Below, piece after piece: positions 28,180-37,067 of a DNA stretch of 63,037 nucleotides. This DNA comes from Trueperaceae bacterium. GTDB lineage: Bacteria; Deinococcota; Deinococci; Deinococcales; Trueperaceae. Within the stretch, counting starts at the first letter, position 1. Each line of letters begins with the position of its first letter. The translations under genes were made by a program, and so were the position numbers. The notes under the pieces were generated by a model, which saw only the letters and a list, made by a program, of their open reading frames with translations, was not told the DNA's origin and made no database searches. The stretch spans positions 1 through 63,037 of the forward strand of contig DASSXV010000034.1 of assembly GCA_035703635.1 (NCBI GenBank), written 5' to 3'.

Positions 28180-30141
28180 CTACTGCACTTCGAACGCCCC
28201 TACGTCGCAGTGCGTGCCGCTCGGCCGCGTGGCGCCGCGCTGGTCTGTCACGAGCGGCGCGCTCGTGGCGTCGAGGCATTGTGACTGCGGAGCCTGGTCC
28301 TTAGCCGGGCTGCCTGGGAGCAGCGCCAGCGTGCGCGTGGGGCCGCCGTTGTCTTGCAGTGGCCCAAGCAGCGGGTCTTGGTTGAGGAGGTTGTTGGGAC
28401 CGAACACGCCAGAATCGGTGGGGTCGCCAATGAGGTTGTAACCGCCCGAGTCGAAGGTGGCGGTGGCGCCGCTCTGATAGAGGTCGGGTCCGCCTGCGGC
28501 GCCCGCCGCGACGGTGTTGCCAGCCACGATGCTGCCCCGCAGCTCGAGGGGGCGGAAGTAGGCGATGCCACCGCCATGAACTTGCCCTGACGCGCCCGGC
28601 ATGGTGGTGGCGCTGTTGCCGCTGATGGTGGAGAACGCGATGCGCGCGTTGGCGACTTCGTGGCTGGAGATGACCATCGCCCCACCCCTCTGCGATCGGT
28701 TGCCCCAGAAGGTGCTGTTCGTGACGTCGAGAACGCCGTTGACGAACAGTGCGCCGCCGTTGGAGGTCGCGCTGTTGTGCGCGAAGGTGCTGGCGTAGAT
28801 TCGCAAGGCGCCCGTGTTCGGCAAGTAGATCGCCCCGCCGGCGCCGGCGGTGTTGAGGTTGAACTCGCTCTCGCCAACGAGCGCCGTGCCGTTGTTGACG
28901 ATGGCGCCGCCAGTGAGGCTCGCGCCGCTGGGAGTGGCGTTGGAGCTGAACGCGCTCTCGACGACCGTGAGGGAGCTGTCGACTGCGTTGTGGATGGCGC
29001 CGCCAGCGCGGGCGGTGTTCGAGGTGAACTCGGTGGCTCGCACGTACACGTCACCTGTGTAAGTAGTGCCAGCGAAGGCGGTGCTCGAGTTGGCCAGTGC
29101 TCCGCCGGACGTCGCGCTGCTGTTCGCCTGGAACGCGCTCCCCTCGATGGTCACTTTCCCGCCGTTGTTGTAGATGGCTCCGCCAGCGCCTACGCCCGTG
29201 GCGTGGTTCTCCGCGAAGCGCGAGTTCACGACGCTGAGCTCCCCGAAGAGGTTGTTGTAGATGGCGGCGCCGTAACTGGCCTCGTTGTCGGTTATGAGCA
29301 GGTTCTCGACTTGCAGCGCTCCCAGGTTGTGGATGGCGCCGCCGTTCGTGCCGCCGCGCACGCCTGCGAGGACGAGGTTGCTCAGCTTGGCGTCGACGCC
29401 GTCCTTGATGCCGATGAGGCCGGTCGCCCCTGGTGCGGCGCGCAACGTGACGAGCGGCGCGCCCGTCTCGTCGATGGGGCCGGAGATGTGGCGGCCGGAC
29501 TGCAGGTCGAGGCTAGACGCGAGTTCGATGGTGGCTGGCGCCGCGAAGGCAACGGGGTCGAAGCTGACGACGATGAGGCTCGCGGCCCCGCCGCTCGGCA
29601 GGAGCCCCTCGACGTGCCGCAGGCTGCCCTCGCCCGCGTCGGCAGCGGTCATGACCAAGCCGCTGACCTGCACGCTCAAGGCGCTCGTGGTCGTCAGACC
29701 GCCAGCAGTGGTGGTCAGCGTGAGGGCCACTGGTAGATCGAGGTCGGCGGCCGCAACGGTGGCGTCGGCTACGAGCGTGATCACTTTCTCGCTCTCGCCC
29801 GCCGCGAAGGCCAACGCGGTGGTGCTGAGGGTTACGCCGCTCGGCAGGTTGGCCGCGTTGATGGCAACTGCGACGGGCCCCGTGTAACCGCCAGTGCGCT
29901 CGACGACCACGCGCACCTCGCGTCCTGGGCTGTAGGCGAACGGCACCGTGGCCGCTAGCGGCGCTACCCGTGCGCCGACCGGCGCGTGCTCCACGTGGGC
30001 AGGCTCGCCGCATGCCGCAAGCAAGGAGGTGAGGGCGATGGCGGCCGCCAACCAGATCGGCAGCCAGGCTGAGCGTCGGCGGGGCGGTCGTCCGCCACCT
30101 TTTAGCGCACGCTTGGCGCGCGCGTATCTCGAGTGGTTCAT
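28180..30141 (-). CDS. Large lipoprotein with Pmp-like GGAI/FxxN beta-helix repeats and a choice-of-anchor-Q-like C-terminus
   Basis: Lipobox LLAAC; repeated GGAI(H/Y/V)N and FxxN; C-terminal DPLLGPLQDNGGPT...DQRG...CDVGAFE; AGAAGG RBS before ATG 30141. Confidence 0.8.
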   Translation of the reverse strand: MNHSRYARAKRALKGGGRPPRRRSAWLPIWLAAAIALTSLLAACGEPAHVEHAPVGARVAPLAATVPFAYSPGREVRVVVERTGGYTGPVAVAINAANLPSGVTLSTTALAFAAGESEKVITLVADATVAAADLDLPVALTLTTTAGGLTTTSALSVQVSGLVMTAADAGEGSLRHVEGLLPSGGAASLIVVSFDPVAFAAPATIELASSLDLQSGRHISGPIDETGAPLVTLRAAPGATGLIGIKDGVDAKLSNLVLAGVRGGTNGGAIHNLGALQVENLLITDNEASYGAAIYNNLFGELSVVNSRFAENHATGVGAGGAIYNNGGKVTIEGSAFQANSSATSGGALANSSTAFAGTTYTGDVYVRATEFTSNTARAGGAIHNAVDSSLTVVESAFSSNATPSGASLTGGAIVNNGTALVGESEFNLNTAGAGGAIYLPNTGALRIYASTFAHNSATSNGGALFVNGVLDVTNSTFWGNRSQRGGAMVISSHEVANARIAFSTISGNSATTMPGASGQVHGGGIAYFRPLELRGSIVAGNTVAAGAAGGPDLYQSGATATFDSGGYNLIGDPTDSGVFGPNNLLNQDPLLGPLQDNGGPTRTLALLPGSPAKDQAPQSQCLDATSAPLVTDQRGATRPSGTHCDVGAFEVQ

Positions 30142-30450
30142 GCGTTCCTTCTTTCTCCGAACCCTAGCCGGTCGCCCATGGGTCGAGCGGTTGGCGGTCC
30201 CCGGGACGCGGTCGCGCGAAGGGGCGTCCCGTACGGCTCGGATGGATAGGACACCGTAAGAAGGCGCCGTCATTGTGCCGTCAAGACGGGGTGGGCGCGC
30301 GCAACCGCCGGCGTGCGACCAGAAGGCCGTGGGCCAAGGCCAGCAGCGCGGCGCGCGCCTCAGAGGCTCAGCTAGCCGCCTATCACGTTTTCGCGCTTTG
30401 TCAAGCCCCTCACATTCGCGTCTGGCACGCACGTTGTGCGGTCGGTCACG

Positions 30451-30478
30451 TTGGAAGGCCTGAGGGGCGTGCTAGACT
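30451..30478 (+). promoter_or_regulatory. Probable promoter for the GNAT-amine oxidase-aminotransferase operon
   Basis: TTGGAA-16 nt-TAGACT with extended TG, about 230 nt upstream of ATG 30706. Confidence 0.45.
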
Positions 30479-30705
30479 CCACCAAACGAGTAAGAAGGAG
30501 AGTGAGAAACTTCAAGACAACCCTATAGTGTGAGTGAGACTGAATGAGCCATCTAAGTATGGTCTCGGGATGCCAACGCTCTCGCGTAAAGGTTGTGGAG
30601 AAGCTCTTCCGGTCAGGGGCCGTTCAGTAACCCTTCCCTAATCGTTTCAGTTTCCCCCTTTTACGGGCTCAGATAACCTCACCAGGCGTTGATTGAAGCA
30701 ACGTT

Positions 30706-31434
30706 ATGAGAGGCACAAAAGCACTGGATTTCGCCGTCGTCAACACTGAGTTGCGGCACGGCCAGGGTGTCTACGACACCGTCAGGCTTGCAAACGGCTA
30801 CCCAACAGATCGCTACGTGCACTGCATCAACCGCGACGCGGTGGCCGAACAACTCGAACGCTTCCCTGAGGGGCAGTTCGTCGCCATCACGTACGAAGAC
30901 GGACTTGAGAAGGTCATCGGCATGGCAACCACCATGCTTACCAGCCGCACGCCGGACGAACGTCCGCTGCCCTGGTATGACGTCATCGGTTCGTTCGGCC
31001 TGCGCAACCACGAACCGGATGGCGAGTGGCTGTACGGTGTCGAGATCGGCGTTCACCCTGACTATCAGCGTCGTGGCGTGGCCACCGCCCTCTACAAGGC
31101 ACGCTTGGCGCTAGTGGAGAACCTCGGGCTGCGCGGCTGGTACGCCGGCGGCATGCTCATGGGCTATCACCGTTACCGCGAGACGTTCACGCCGCGAGAG
31201 TACGGACAGCGCGTCATCGACGGCAACATCGAGGACCCGACCGTGACGATGCAGCTGCATAGAGGCCTCGAGGGCCGCGGCATCATCGAGGGCTACTACC
31301 CCGAATGGCGGGCGGGTAACTCTGCGGTGCTGCTCGTTCACGAGCCGAAGCGCGCCGCGCAGCGCCGCGTGAGCATCGGTCAAACCGGCCGCCGCGGCAG
31401 TGCGGCCCACAACCTAGCGAACCACTCTAGGTAG
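30706..31434 (+). CDS. GNAT N-acetyltransferase, paralogue of 16213..16917
   Basis: Motifs ERFPEGQFVA, NHEPDGEWLYGVEIGVHPDYQRRGVATALY, DPTVTMQ. Confidence 0.85.
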   Translation: MRGTKALDFAVVNTELRHGQGVYDTVRLANGYPTDRYVHCINRDAVAEQLERFPEGQFVAITYEDGLEKVIGMATTMLTSRTPDERPLPWYDVIGSFGLRNHEPDGEWLYGVEIGVHPDYQRRGVATALYKARLALVENLGLRGWYAGGMLMGYHRYRETFTPREYGQRVIDGNIEDPTVTMQLHRGLEGRGIIEGYYPEWRAGNSAVLLVHEPKRAAQRRVSIGQTGRRGSAAHNLANHSR

Positions 31435-31450
31435 CTGACAGGGCTGGCGC

Positions 31451-32824
31451 ATGAGCGGTAGCGGCCACAGAGTGGCGCACAACGATCTTCCAAGTGAACA
31501 CGACGTAGAGGTTTACGACGTGCTCGTGATCGGCGCGGGCGTGGCAGGCCTCGGGGCCGCCCGCGCCCTGCTAGCCGCGCGCGGTGAACTCGAAGTCCTA
31601 GTGCTAGAAGCGCGCGAACGCCTCGGTGGCAGGGCGCATACGGACCGGCGCTTCGCGGGGTTCCCCGTCGAGCTCGGCGCCGAGTTCATCCACGGCGAGC
31701 GCGCCGCGACCTGGTCGTTCATCGAGCATCTCAACCTAGAGACGGTGCACTGGACCAAAGAAGACGACTCGTGGGTGCGCTTGGCCGACGGCAGGCGCCT
31801 CACCATGCGCGAGGCCCGCGCCGCGGACCCAGCACTCGAAGTCACGCGCTCGTGGCGGCTGCCACCCGGCGTGCCGCGGCGCTTCGAGTCGTTCGGGGCG
31901 TACTTGCAACGCTTAGGGTTCGACTCCACGCGGCTCGAGTACGTGAGGCGCATGTACGCCAACGCGGCGGGCGAGAGCATGCGCTTCCTCGACGCCACCG
32001 CCGCCCTCAAGGGCCTCGACCCGGCCGAGGTCGACGGCGAGGAGGACCACCGCATCCTGGAAGGCTACGGCGCGGTAGTCGAAGCGTTAGGCGTTGGCCC
32101 CGAGATCCTGACCGGTACTATCGTCACGCGCGTCGAGTGGGGCGCCAACGGGGTGGTGGTGCACGACCACGAGGGTCACGTCTTCCGCGCGCACAGCGCG
32201 CTCATCACCTTGCCGCTCGGCGTGCTGCAGGCCGGCGGAGTCGAGTTCGACCCACCACTGCCTGAGACCAAGGAGCGCGCGCTCTCCGGCCTCGGCATGG
32301 GGCCAGTGATCAAACTCGTCTACCGCTTCGCCGAGACCATCACGCCTGACGACATCACGGCCGTCTACTCGGCCGGCAACCCGCCGATGTGGTGGTCGCC
32401 CTCCGCCGGGCATCCAACGACCGAGGCGGTCGTCTGGACGGCGCTCGTGTCTGGCGACGGCGCCGTGGAGCTCCTGCGCTTGGGCGCCGCGGACGCCCTC
32501 GAGCGCGGCCTGGAAGCCTTGCGGCGCGAGCTCGGCCGCCCAGGGTTGCAGGCGCAGGACGCCATGCTCGTCGATTGGGTGTCTGACCCCTTCGCGCGCG
32601 GTGGCTACTCGCACGTCCGTCCTGGCAACGACGGCGCCCGCGAGCTGCTTGCCGAGCCGACGCCGCCCCTCTACTGGGCCGGTGAGGCGACGGCCCCGGA
32701 GGAGCGGGCGGCAACGGTACACGGGGCACTGCTGAGCGGGGAGCGCGCCGCGGCCGAGATCATCTGCGCCATTGACGAGCGCGAGCGCCAGGCTTCTGGC
32801 GCTGCGCCGCTGACCGTCGCCTGA
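31451..32824 (+). CDS. Flavin-containing amine oxidase (MAO/PAO family)
   Basis: Motifs VIGAGVAGL, LEARERLGGR, ELGAEFIHG, DPFARGGYS, AGEAT...TVHGALLSGERAA. Confidence 0.9.
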   Translation: MSGSGHRVAHNDLPSEHDVEVYDVLVIGAGVAGLGAARALLAARGELEVLVLEARERLGGRAHTDRRFAGFPVELGAEFIHGERAATWSFIEHLNLETVHWTKEDDSWVRLADGRRLTMREARAADPALEVTRSWRLPPGVPRRFESFGAYLQRLGFDSTRLEYVRRMYANAAGESMRFLDATAALKGLDPAEVDGEEDHRILEGYGAVVEALGVGPEILTGTIVTRVEWGANGVVVHDHEGHVFRAHSALITLPLGVLQAGGVEFDPPLPETKERALSGLGMGPVIKLVYRFAETITPDDITAVYSAGNPPMWWSPSAGHPTTEAVVWTALVSGDGAVELLRLGAADALERGLEALRRELGRPGLQAQDAMLVDWVSDPFARGGYSHVRPGNDGARELLAEPTPPLYWAGEATAPEERAATVHGALLSGERAAAEIICAIDERERQASGAAPLTVA

Positions 32825-32865
32825 ACCGAGCCGTATCATTCGGTAGAACCAAGCAAGGAGCCAAC

Positions 32866-34149
32866 ATGGCAGAACAGAGTGCAAAGCAAGACCGCCTGGC
32901 GCCCGTCTGGTCCCACTTGACGCAACTGCGACCCGTGCGCGGCGCGGGGTCGTACCTCTACGACGCGGCGGGCACCGCCTACCTTGACTTCACGTCAGGC
33001 ATCGGGGTGACGAACACGGGCCACGCCCACCCGCGCGTTGTCGAGGCGATCAAGCGCCAGGCGGAGGAACTCCTCTTCGCCCAAGTGAACATCGTCGTGA
33101 GTCCGGCGCTCGAGCGCCTCGCTGAGGCCCTTGCCACCGTCGTTCACCCGGAGTTGGGCTCTTTCTTCTTCAGCAACAGCGGCGCAGAGGCCGTGGAGGC
33201 CGCCGTGAAGCTGGCGCGCCACGCCACTGGCCGCCCCAACGTGATCGTCTTCCAGGGCAGCTTCCACGGCCGCACGGGGCAAGCCATGGCCCTCACCACC
33301 TCCAAGACCGTCTACCGCCACAAGTACCAACCGCTGCCTGCTGGCGTGGTGGTCGCGCCGTTCCCATACGCCTACCGTTACGGCTGGGAAGAGGACGCTA
33401 CCGTCGACTTCTGCCTCGCCGAACTCGAGCTCATCCTCAAGACGCAGAGCGCACCGGACGAGACGGCGGCATTCGTCATCGAGCCCGTCCTCGGCGAGGG
33501 TGGTTACGTTCCTGCCCCCAAGCGCTTCCTGCAAGGCCTCAGGCGCCTCGCAGATGAGCACGGCATAGTGCTCGTCTTCGACGAAGTGCAGACCGGCTTC
33601 GGGCGCACCGGCAAGTTCTTCGCATACGAGCATCACGGCGTGCTGCCAGACGTGATGGTCATGGCCAAGGGATTGGGCAGCGGGCTGCCCATCTCTGGCA
33701 TCGCGGCGCGCCCGGCGCTCATGGCCAAGTGGGAGAAGGGCACCCACGGCGGCACGTACGGCGGCGGTAGCACGCTGCCGCTCGCCGCGGCGTGCGCCAC
33801 CATCGACGCCCTCATCGCGGAGGACCTCCCCCACAACGCCGAGCGCATGGGCGCCCGGCTAGTGGCTGGCCTGCGCCGCTTGCAGCAGGAGCACCACGAG
33901 ATCGGCGACGTACGCGGCCTAGGGCTCATGATCGGCGTGGAGTTCTCCGGCCGCAAGGGCCTGGCCAAGGCCGTGCAGCAAGCCTGCCTGGCCGAGAACA
34001 TGCTCCTCCTGACCTGCGGGGTTGACGATCAGGTCGTGCGCTTCATCCCGCCGCTAGTGGTTAGCGAGGGTGAGATCGACGAGGGTCTCGCCGTGTTCGG
34101 CCGCGCCATCGCCAAGGCGACGACGGCGCAGATCGTGGGGGCGGTGTGA
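32866..34149 (+). CDS. Class III PLP aminotransferase (GABA/diamine aminotransferase-like)
   Basis: Motifs LDFTSGIG, NSGAEAVE, FHGRT, EPVLGEGG, DEVQTGFGRTG, MAKGL. Confidence 0.9.
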   Translation: MAEQSAKQDRLAPVWSHLTQLRPVRGAGSYLYDAAGTAYLDFTSGIGVTNTGHAHPRVVEAIKRQAEELLFAQVNIVVSPALERLAEALATVVHPELGSFFFSNSGAEAVEAAVKLARHATGRPNVIVFQGSFHGRTGQAMALTTSKTVYRHKYQPLPAGVVVAPFPYAYRYGWEEDATVDFCLAELELILKTQSAPDETAAFVIEPVLGEGGYVPAPKRFLQGLRRLADEHGIVLVFDEVQTGFGRTGKFFAYEHHGVLPDVMVMAKGLGSGLPISGIAARPALMAKWEKGTHGGTYGGGSTLPLAAACATIDALIAEDLPHNAERMGARLVAGLRRLQQEHHEIGDVRGLGLMIGVEFSGRKGLAKAVQQACLAENMLLLTCGVDDQVVRFIPPLVVSEGEIDEGLAVFGRAIAKATTAQIVGAV

Positions 34150-35504
34150 GCGGCATCAAGCTAGTTACCGAGATACCAGGGCCGAAGAGTCGCGCCATGG
34201 TGGCGCGCCGCGACGCCGTTGGCGCGCGCGGCGCCTCGCGCCTGACCGACCTCGGCGTCACGGGGGCGCACGGTGCGTACGTCGTCGACGTTGACGGCAA
34301 CCGCCTCCTCGACTTCGCGGGCGGCATCGGCGTGCTAGGCGTCGGGCATACGCCGGAGAACGTGGTGCGCGCGCTGCAGGACCAGGCGGAGCGGCTCATC
34401 CACATGTGCGCCATCGTCGGCACTTACGAGCCCTTCGTTGCCGTGCTCGAGGCCCTCTGCGACGCGGCGCCCGGCGACTTCCGCAAGAAGGCCGTGCTCA
34501 TGAACTCGGGCGCGGAGGCGCTCGAGACCGCCGTCAACATCGCGCGCGCCCACACGGGCCGCCAAGCCATCGTCGTGTTCGAAGGCGGGTACCACGGCCG
34601 CACGAACCTCACCCTCGGCATGACAAGCAAGTACGCCCTCTTCAAGAAGGGCTTCGGGCCGTTCGCGCCCGAGATCTATCGGCTGCCGTTCCCCGACGTC
34701 TACCGGCGCCCGGCAGGCATGAGCGAGGACGCGTACCTCGACATGGCCATCGCCGCGCTCGACAAGGCCATGGTGGCGCAAGTCGACCCTGGCGCCATCG
34801 CCGCGTTCGTCATCGAGCCAGTGCAGGGCGAGGCAGGCTTCCTGCCGGTGCCGCCCCGCTTCTTCAGGCGCCTGCGCGAGATCGCCGACGCCAACGGCAT
34901 CGTGCTCGTGGCCGACGAAGTGCAGTCGGGCTTGGGCCGCACGGGCAAGCTCTGGGCAGTCGAGCATTACGGCGTGGTTCCCGACCTCATTACGACCGCC
35001 AAGTCGCTGGCGGCGGGCATGCCGCTCTCCGCCGTCGTTGGGCGCGCCGACATGCTCGACGCCCCTCACCCTGGCGGTCTCGGCGGCACCTACTCAGGCA
35101 ACCCGCTCGCGTGCGCTGCGGCGCTCGAGGCTTTGAGCACCCTGCGCAGCCCCGCCTTCCTCGACCGCGCGACGCGCGTGGGTGAGAGGCTGCGGGCCGG
35201 ACTCGAACGCATCGCAGCCCAGCATGAGCTCGTCGGGGAGGTGCGCGGCCTCGGCCCCATGCTGGCGATGGAGTTCGTGAGGGACCGCGCCACGAAGGCG
35301 CCGTTCCCCGAGGTCGTGCTCGAGGTCACCAAGCAGGCGTTGAAGCGCGGACTCATCGTCATACGCGCGGGTCTCTACTCGAACTGCATCCGCCTACTGC
35401 CGCCCCTCAACCTGAGCGACGCGGAAGTCGACGAAGGCCTGAGCGTGCTCGAAGAGGCGGTGGCTGCGGCCTGCGCCATGCACGCCCCAGCAGCGACCGC
35501 CTGA
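34146..35504 (+). CDS. gabT: 4-aminobutyrate aminotransferase
   Basis: Motifs DFAGGIG, YHGRT, GFGPFAPEIYR, EPVQGEAG, DEVQSG, TAKSLA, GGLGGTYSGNP. Confidence 0.82.
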   Translation: MSGIKLVTEIPGPKSRAMVARRDAVGARGASRLTDLGVTGAHGAYVVDVDGNRLLDFAGGIGVLGVGHTPENVVRALQDQAERLIHMCAIVGTYEPFVAVLEALCDAAPGDFRKKAVLMNSGAEALETAVNIARAHTGRQAIVVFEGGYHGRTNLTLGMTSKYALFKKGFGPFAPEIYRLPFPDVYRRPAGMSEDAYLDMAIAALDKAMVAQVDPGAIAAFVIEPVQGEAGFLPVPPRFFRRLREIADANGIVLVADEVQSGLGRTGKLWAVEHYGVVPDLITTAKSLAAGMPLSAVVGRADMLDAPHPGGLGGTYSGNPLACAAALEALSTLRSPAFLDRATRVGERLRAGLERIAAQHELVGEVRGLGPMLAMEFVRDRATKAPFPEVVLEVTKQALKRGLIVIRAGLYSNCIRLLPPLNLSDAEVDEGLSVLEEAVAAACAMHAPAATA

Positions 35505-35554
35505 GCGCGGCGCCAATGGCGGGTTGCGCCCGCGCGAAGAGGAGTTGAGGAAGC

Positions 35555-37021
35555 GTGGCAGTAACCGAGCCAGACACGAAGTACCCACTCAAGCAACTCA
35601 TCGGGGGCGAGTGGCTAGACGCCGCTGACGGCGGGGTCTGGGACCTGATCGACCCTGGCAGCGAGGACGTCGTCCAGCAGGTCGCGTTCGGCGGGGCAGA
35701 GGACGCCGCCAGCGCCATCGCCGCCGCCGCGGCCGCGTTCCCGGAGTGGGCGGCCAAGACGGCATACGAGCGCGGCAAGGTCCTCGAACGTGCTGCGGCC
35801 TGGATCAAGGCCAACGTCGACGACTTGGCGCGCCTGACCACCGAGGAGTCTGGCAAGCCGCTCGGCGACGCGCGCGGCGAGTGGCTCTCGGCCACGAGTT
35901 ACCTAGCGTGGTTCGCTGGCGAAGGGGTGCGCGTTTACGGGCGCACCGTGCCAGCCCAAGTGCCTGGCAGGCGCATCAGCGTCGTGCCGCAGCCACTTGG
36001 AGTGGTCGCCACCATCACCGCTTGGAACTTCCCCGTCTACAACATCGTGCGCACCTGGGCGGCGGCGCTGGCTGCAGGCAACACCGTCGTTGGGCGCCCT
36101 TCTGAGTTCACGCCGCGCTCGGCGATGCTCCTAGGCCAGGCCCTCGCAGAGGCGGGCGCGCCGGCGGGCGTCATCAACGTCATCAACGGCGACCCTGAGG
36201 CCATGGGCCAGGCGTTCCTCAACGATGCGCGCGTGCGCAAGCTCGCGTTCACCGGCAGCCCGCGCGTCGGGAAGCTCCTCATGGACGGCGCCTCGCGCAC
36301 CCTCACCCGCTTGGCGCTCGAGCTGGGCGGCAACGCCCCCGTCATCGTCTTCCCAGACGCCAAGGACATCGGGCGACTAGTGAAGCTCGCGGCGCGCTTC
36401 AAGGCGCGCAACGCTGGGCAGGTGTGCATCGCGCCGCAGCGCTACTACCTGCATGAGAGCGTGGCAGACGAGTTCACAGCGGGCGTCGTTAGGGCGATGG
36501 CCGAGCTTAAGGTCGGCCACGGGCTAGAGGACGGCGTGCAGGTCGGCCCGCTCATCAACGCCCGCCAACGCGACCGCGTCGAGGAGCTGGTGGCGTCGGC
36601 CGCCGCGTCCGGCGCCACGGTCGCCACCGGCGGCAAGCGCCTAGAGCGCAAGGGCTACTTCTACGAGCCGACGGTCGTGACGGGCGTCGAGCCAGGCACG
36701 CGGCTGTACGAGGAGGAGATCTTCGGGCCGGTGCTGCCCATCACGACCTTCTCCACCGCGGGCGAGGTGCTGGCGCGCGCCAACGCCACTGAGTACGGGC
36801 TGGCCGCCTACGTCTTCACCTCTGACCTCAACACGGCCATCGCCATGTCGGAGAGGCTCGAGTTCGGCATGATCGGGATAAACGACTGGATGCCCGTCAC
36901 GCCAGAAGCGCCGTTCGGCGGCGTGAAGGGGAGCGGCATCGGCCGCGAGACCGGTGCGGAGGGCATCTTGGAGTACCTGGAGCAGAAGGCCGTGTTCATC
37001 GGCGGGGTAGAGCTGCCGTAA
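35555..37021 (+). CDS. gabD: NAD(P)-dependent aldehyde dehydrogenase, succinate-semialdehyde dehydrogenase-like
   Basis: Motifs WNFP, FTGS, LELGGNAP, NAGQVC, EEIFGPV, PFGGVKGSGIGRE; adjacent to gabT. Confidence 0.8.
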   Translation: MAVTEPDTKYPLKQLIGGEWLDAADGGVWDLIDPGSEDVVQQVAFGGAEDAASAIAAAAAAFPEWAAKTAYERGKVLERAAAWIKANVDDLARLTTEESGKPLGDARGEWLSATSYLAWFAGEGVRVYGRTVPAQVPGRRISVVPQPLGVVATITAWNFPVYNIVRTWAAALAAGNTVVGRPSEFTPRSAMLLGQALAEAGAPAGVINVINGDPEAMGQAFLNDARVRKLAFTGSPRVGKLLMDGASRTLTRLALELGGNAPVIVFPDAKDIGRLVKLAARFKARNAGQVCIAPQRYYLHESVADEFTAGVVRAMAELKVGHGLEDGVQVGPLINARQRDRVEELVASAAASGATVATGGKRLERKGYFYEPTVVTGVEPGTRLYEEEIFGPVLPITTFSTAGEVLARANATEYGLAAYVFTSDLNTAIAMSERLEFGMIGINDWMPVTPEAPFGGVKGSGIGRETGAEGILEYLEQKAVFIGGVELP

Positions 37022-37067
37022 GCCCGCAGCGGTGGGGGTGACGGCGGCGTAGACTGGCGGTCGGTAG

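Noticed and set aside
30474-30484. CTCCACCA resembling a tRNA/tmRNA 3' end or attachment site
   Set aside because: No T-arm or matching acceptor stem upstream and no integrase; it overlaps a predicted -10 box.
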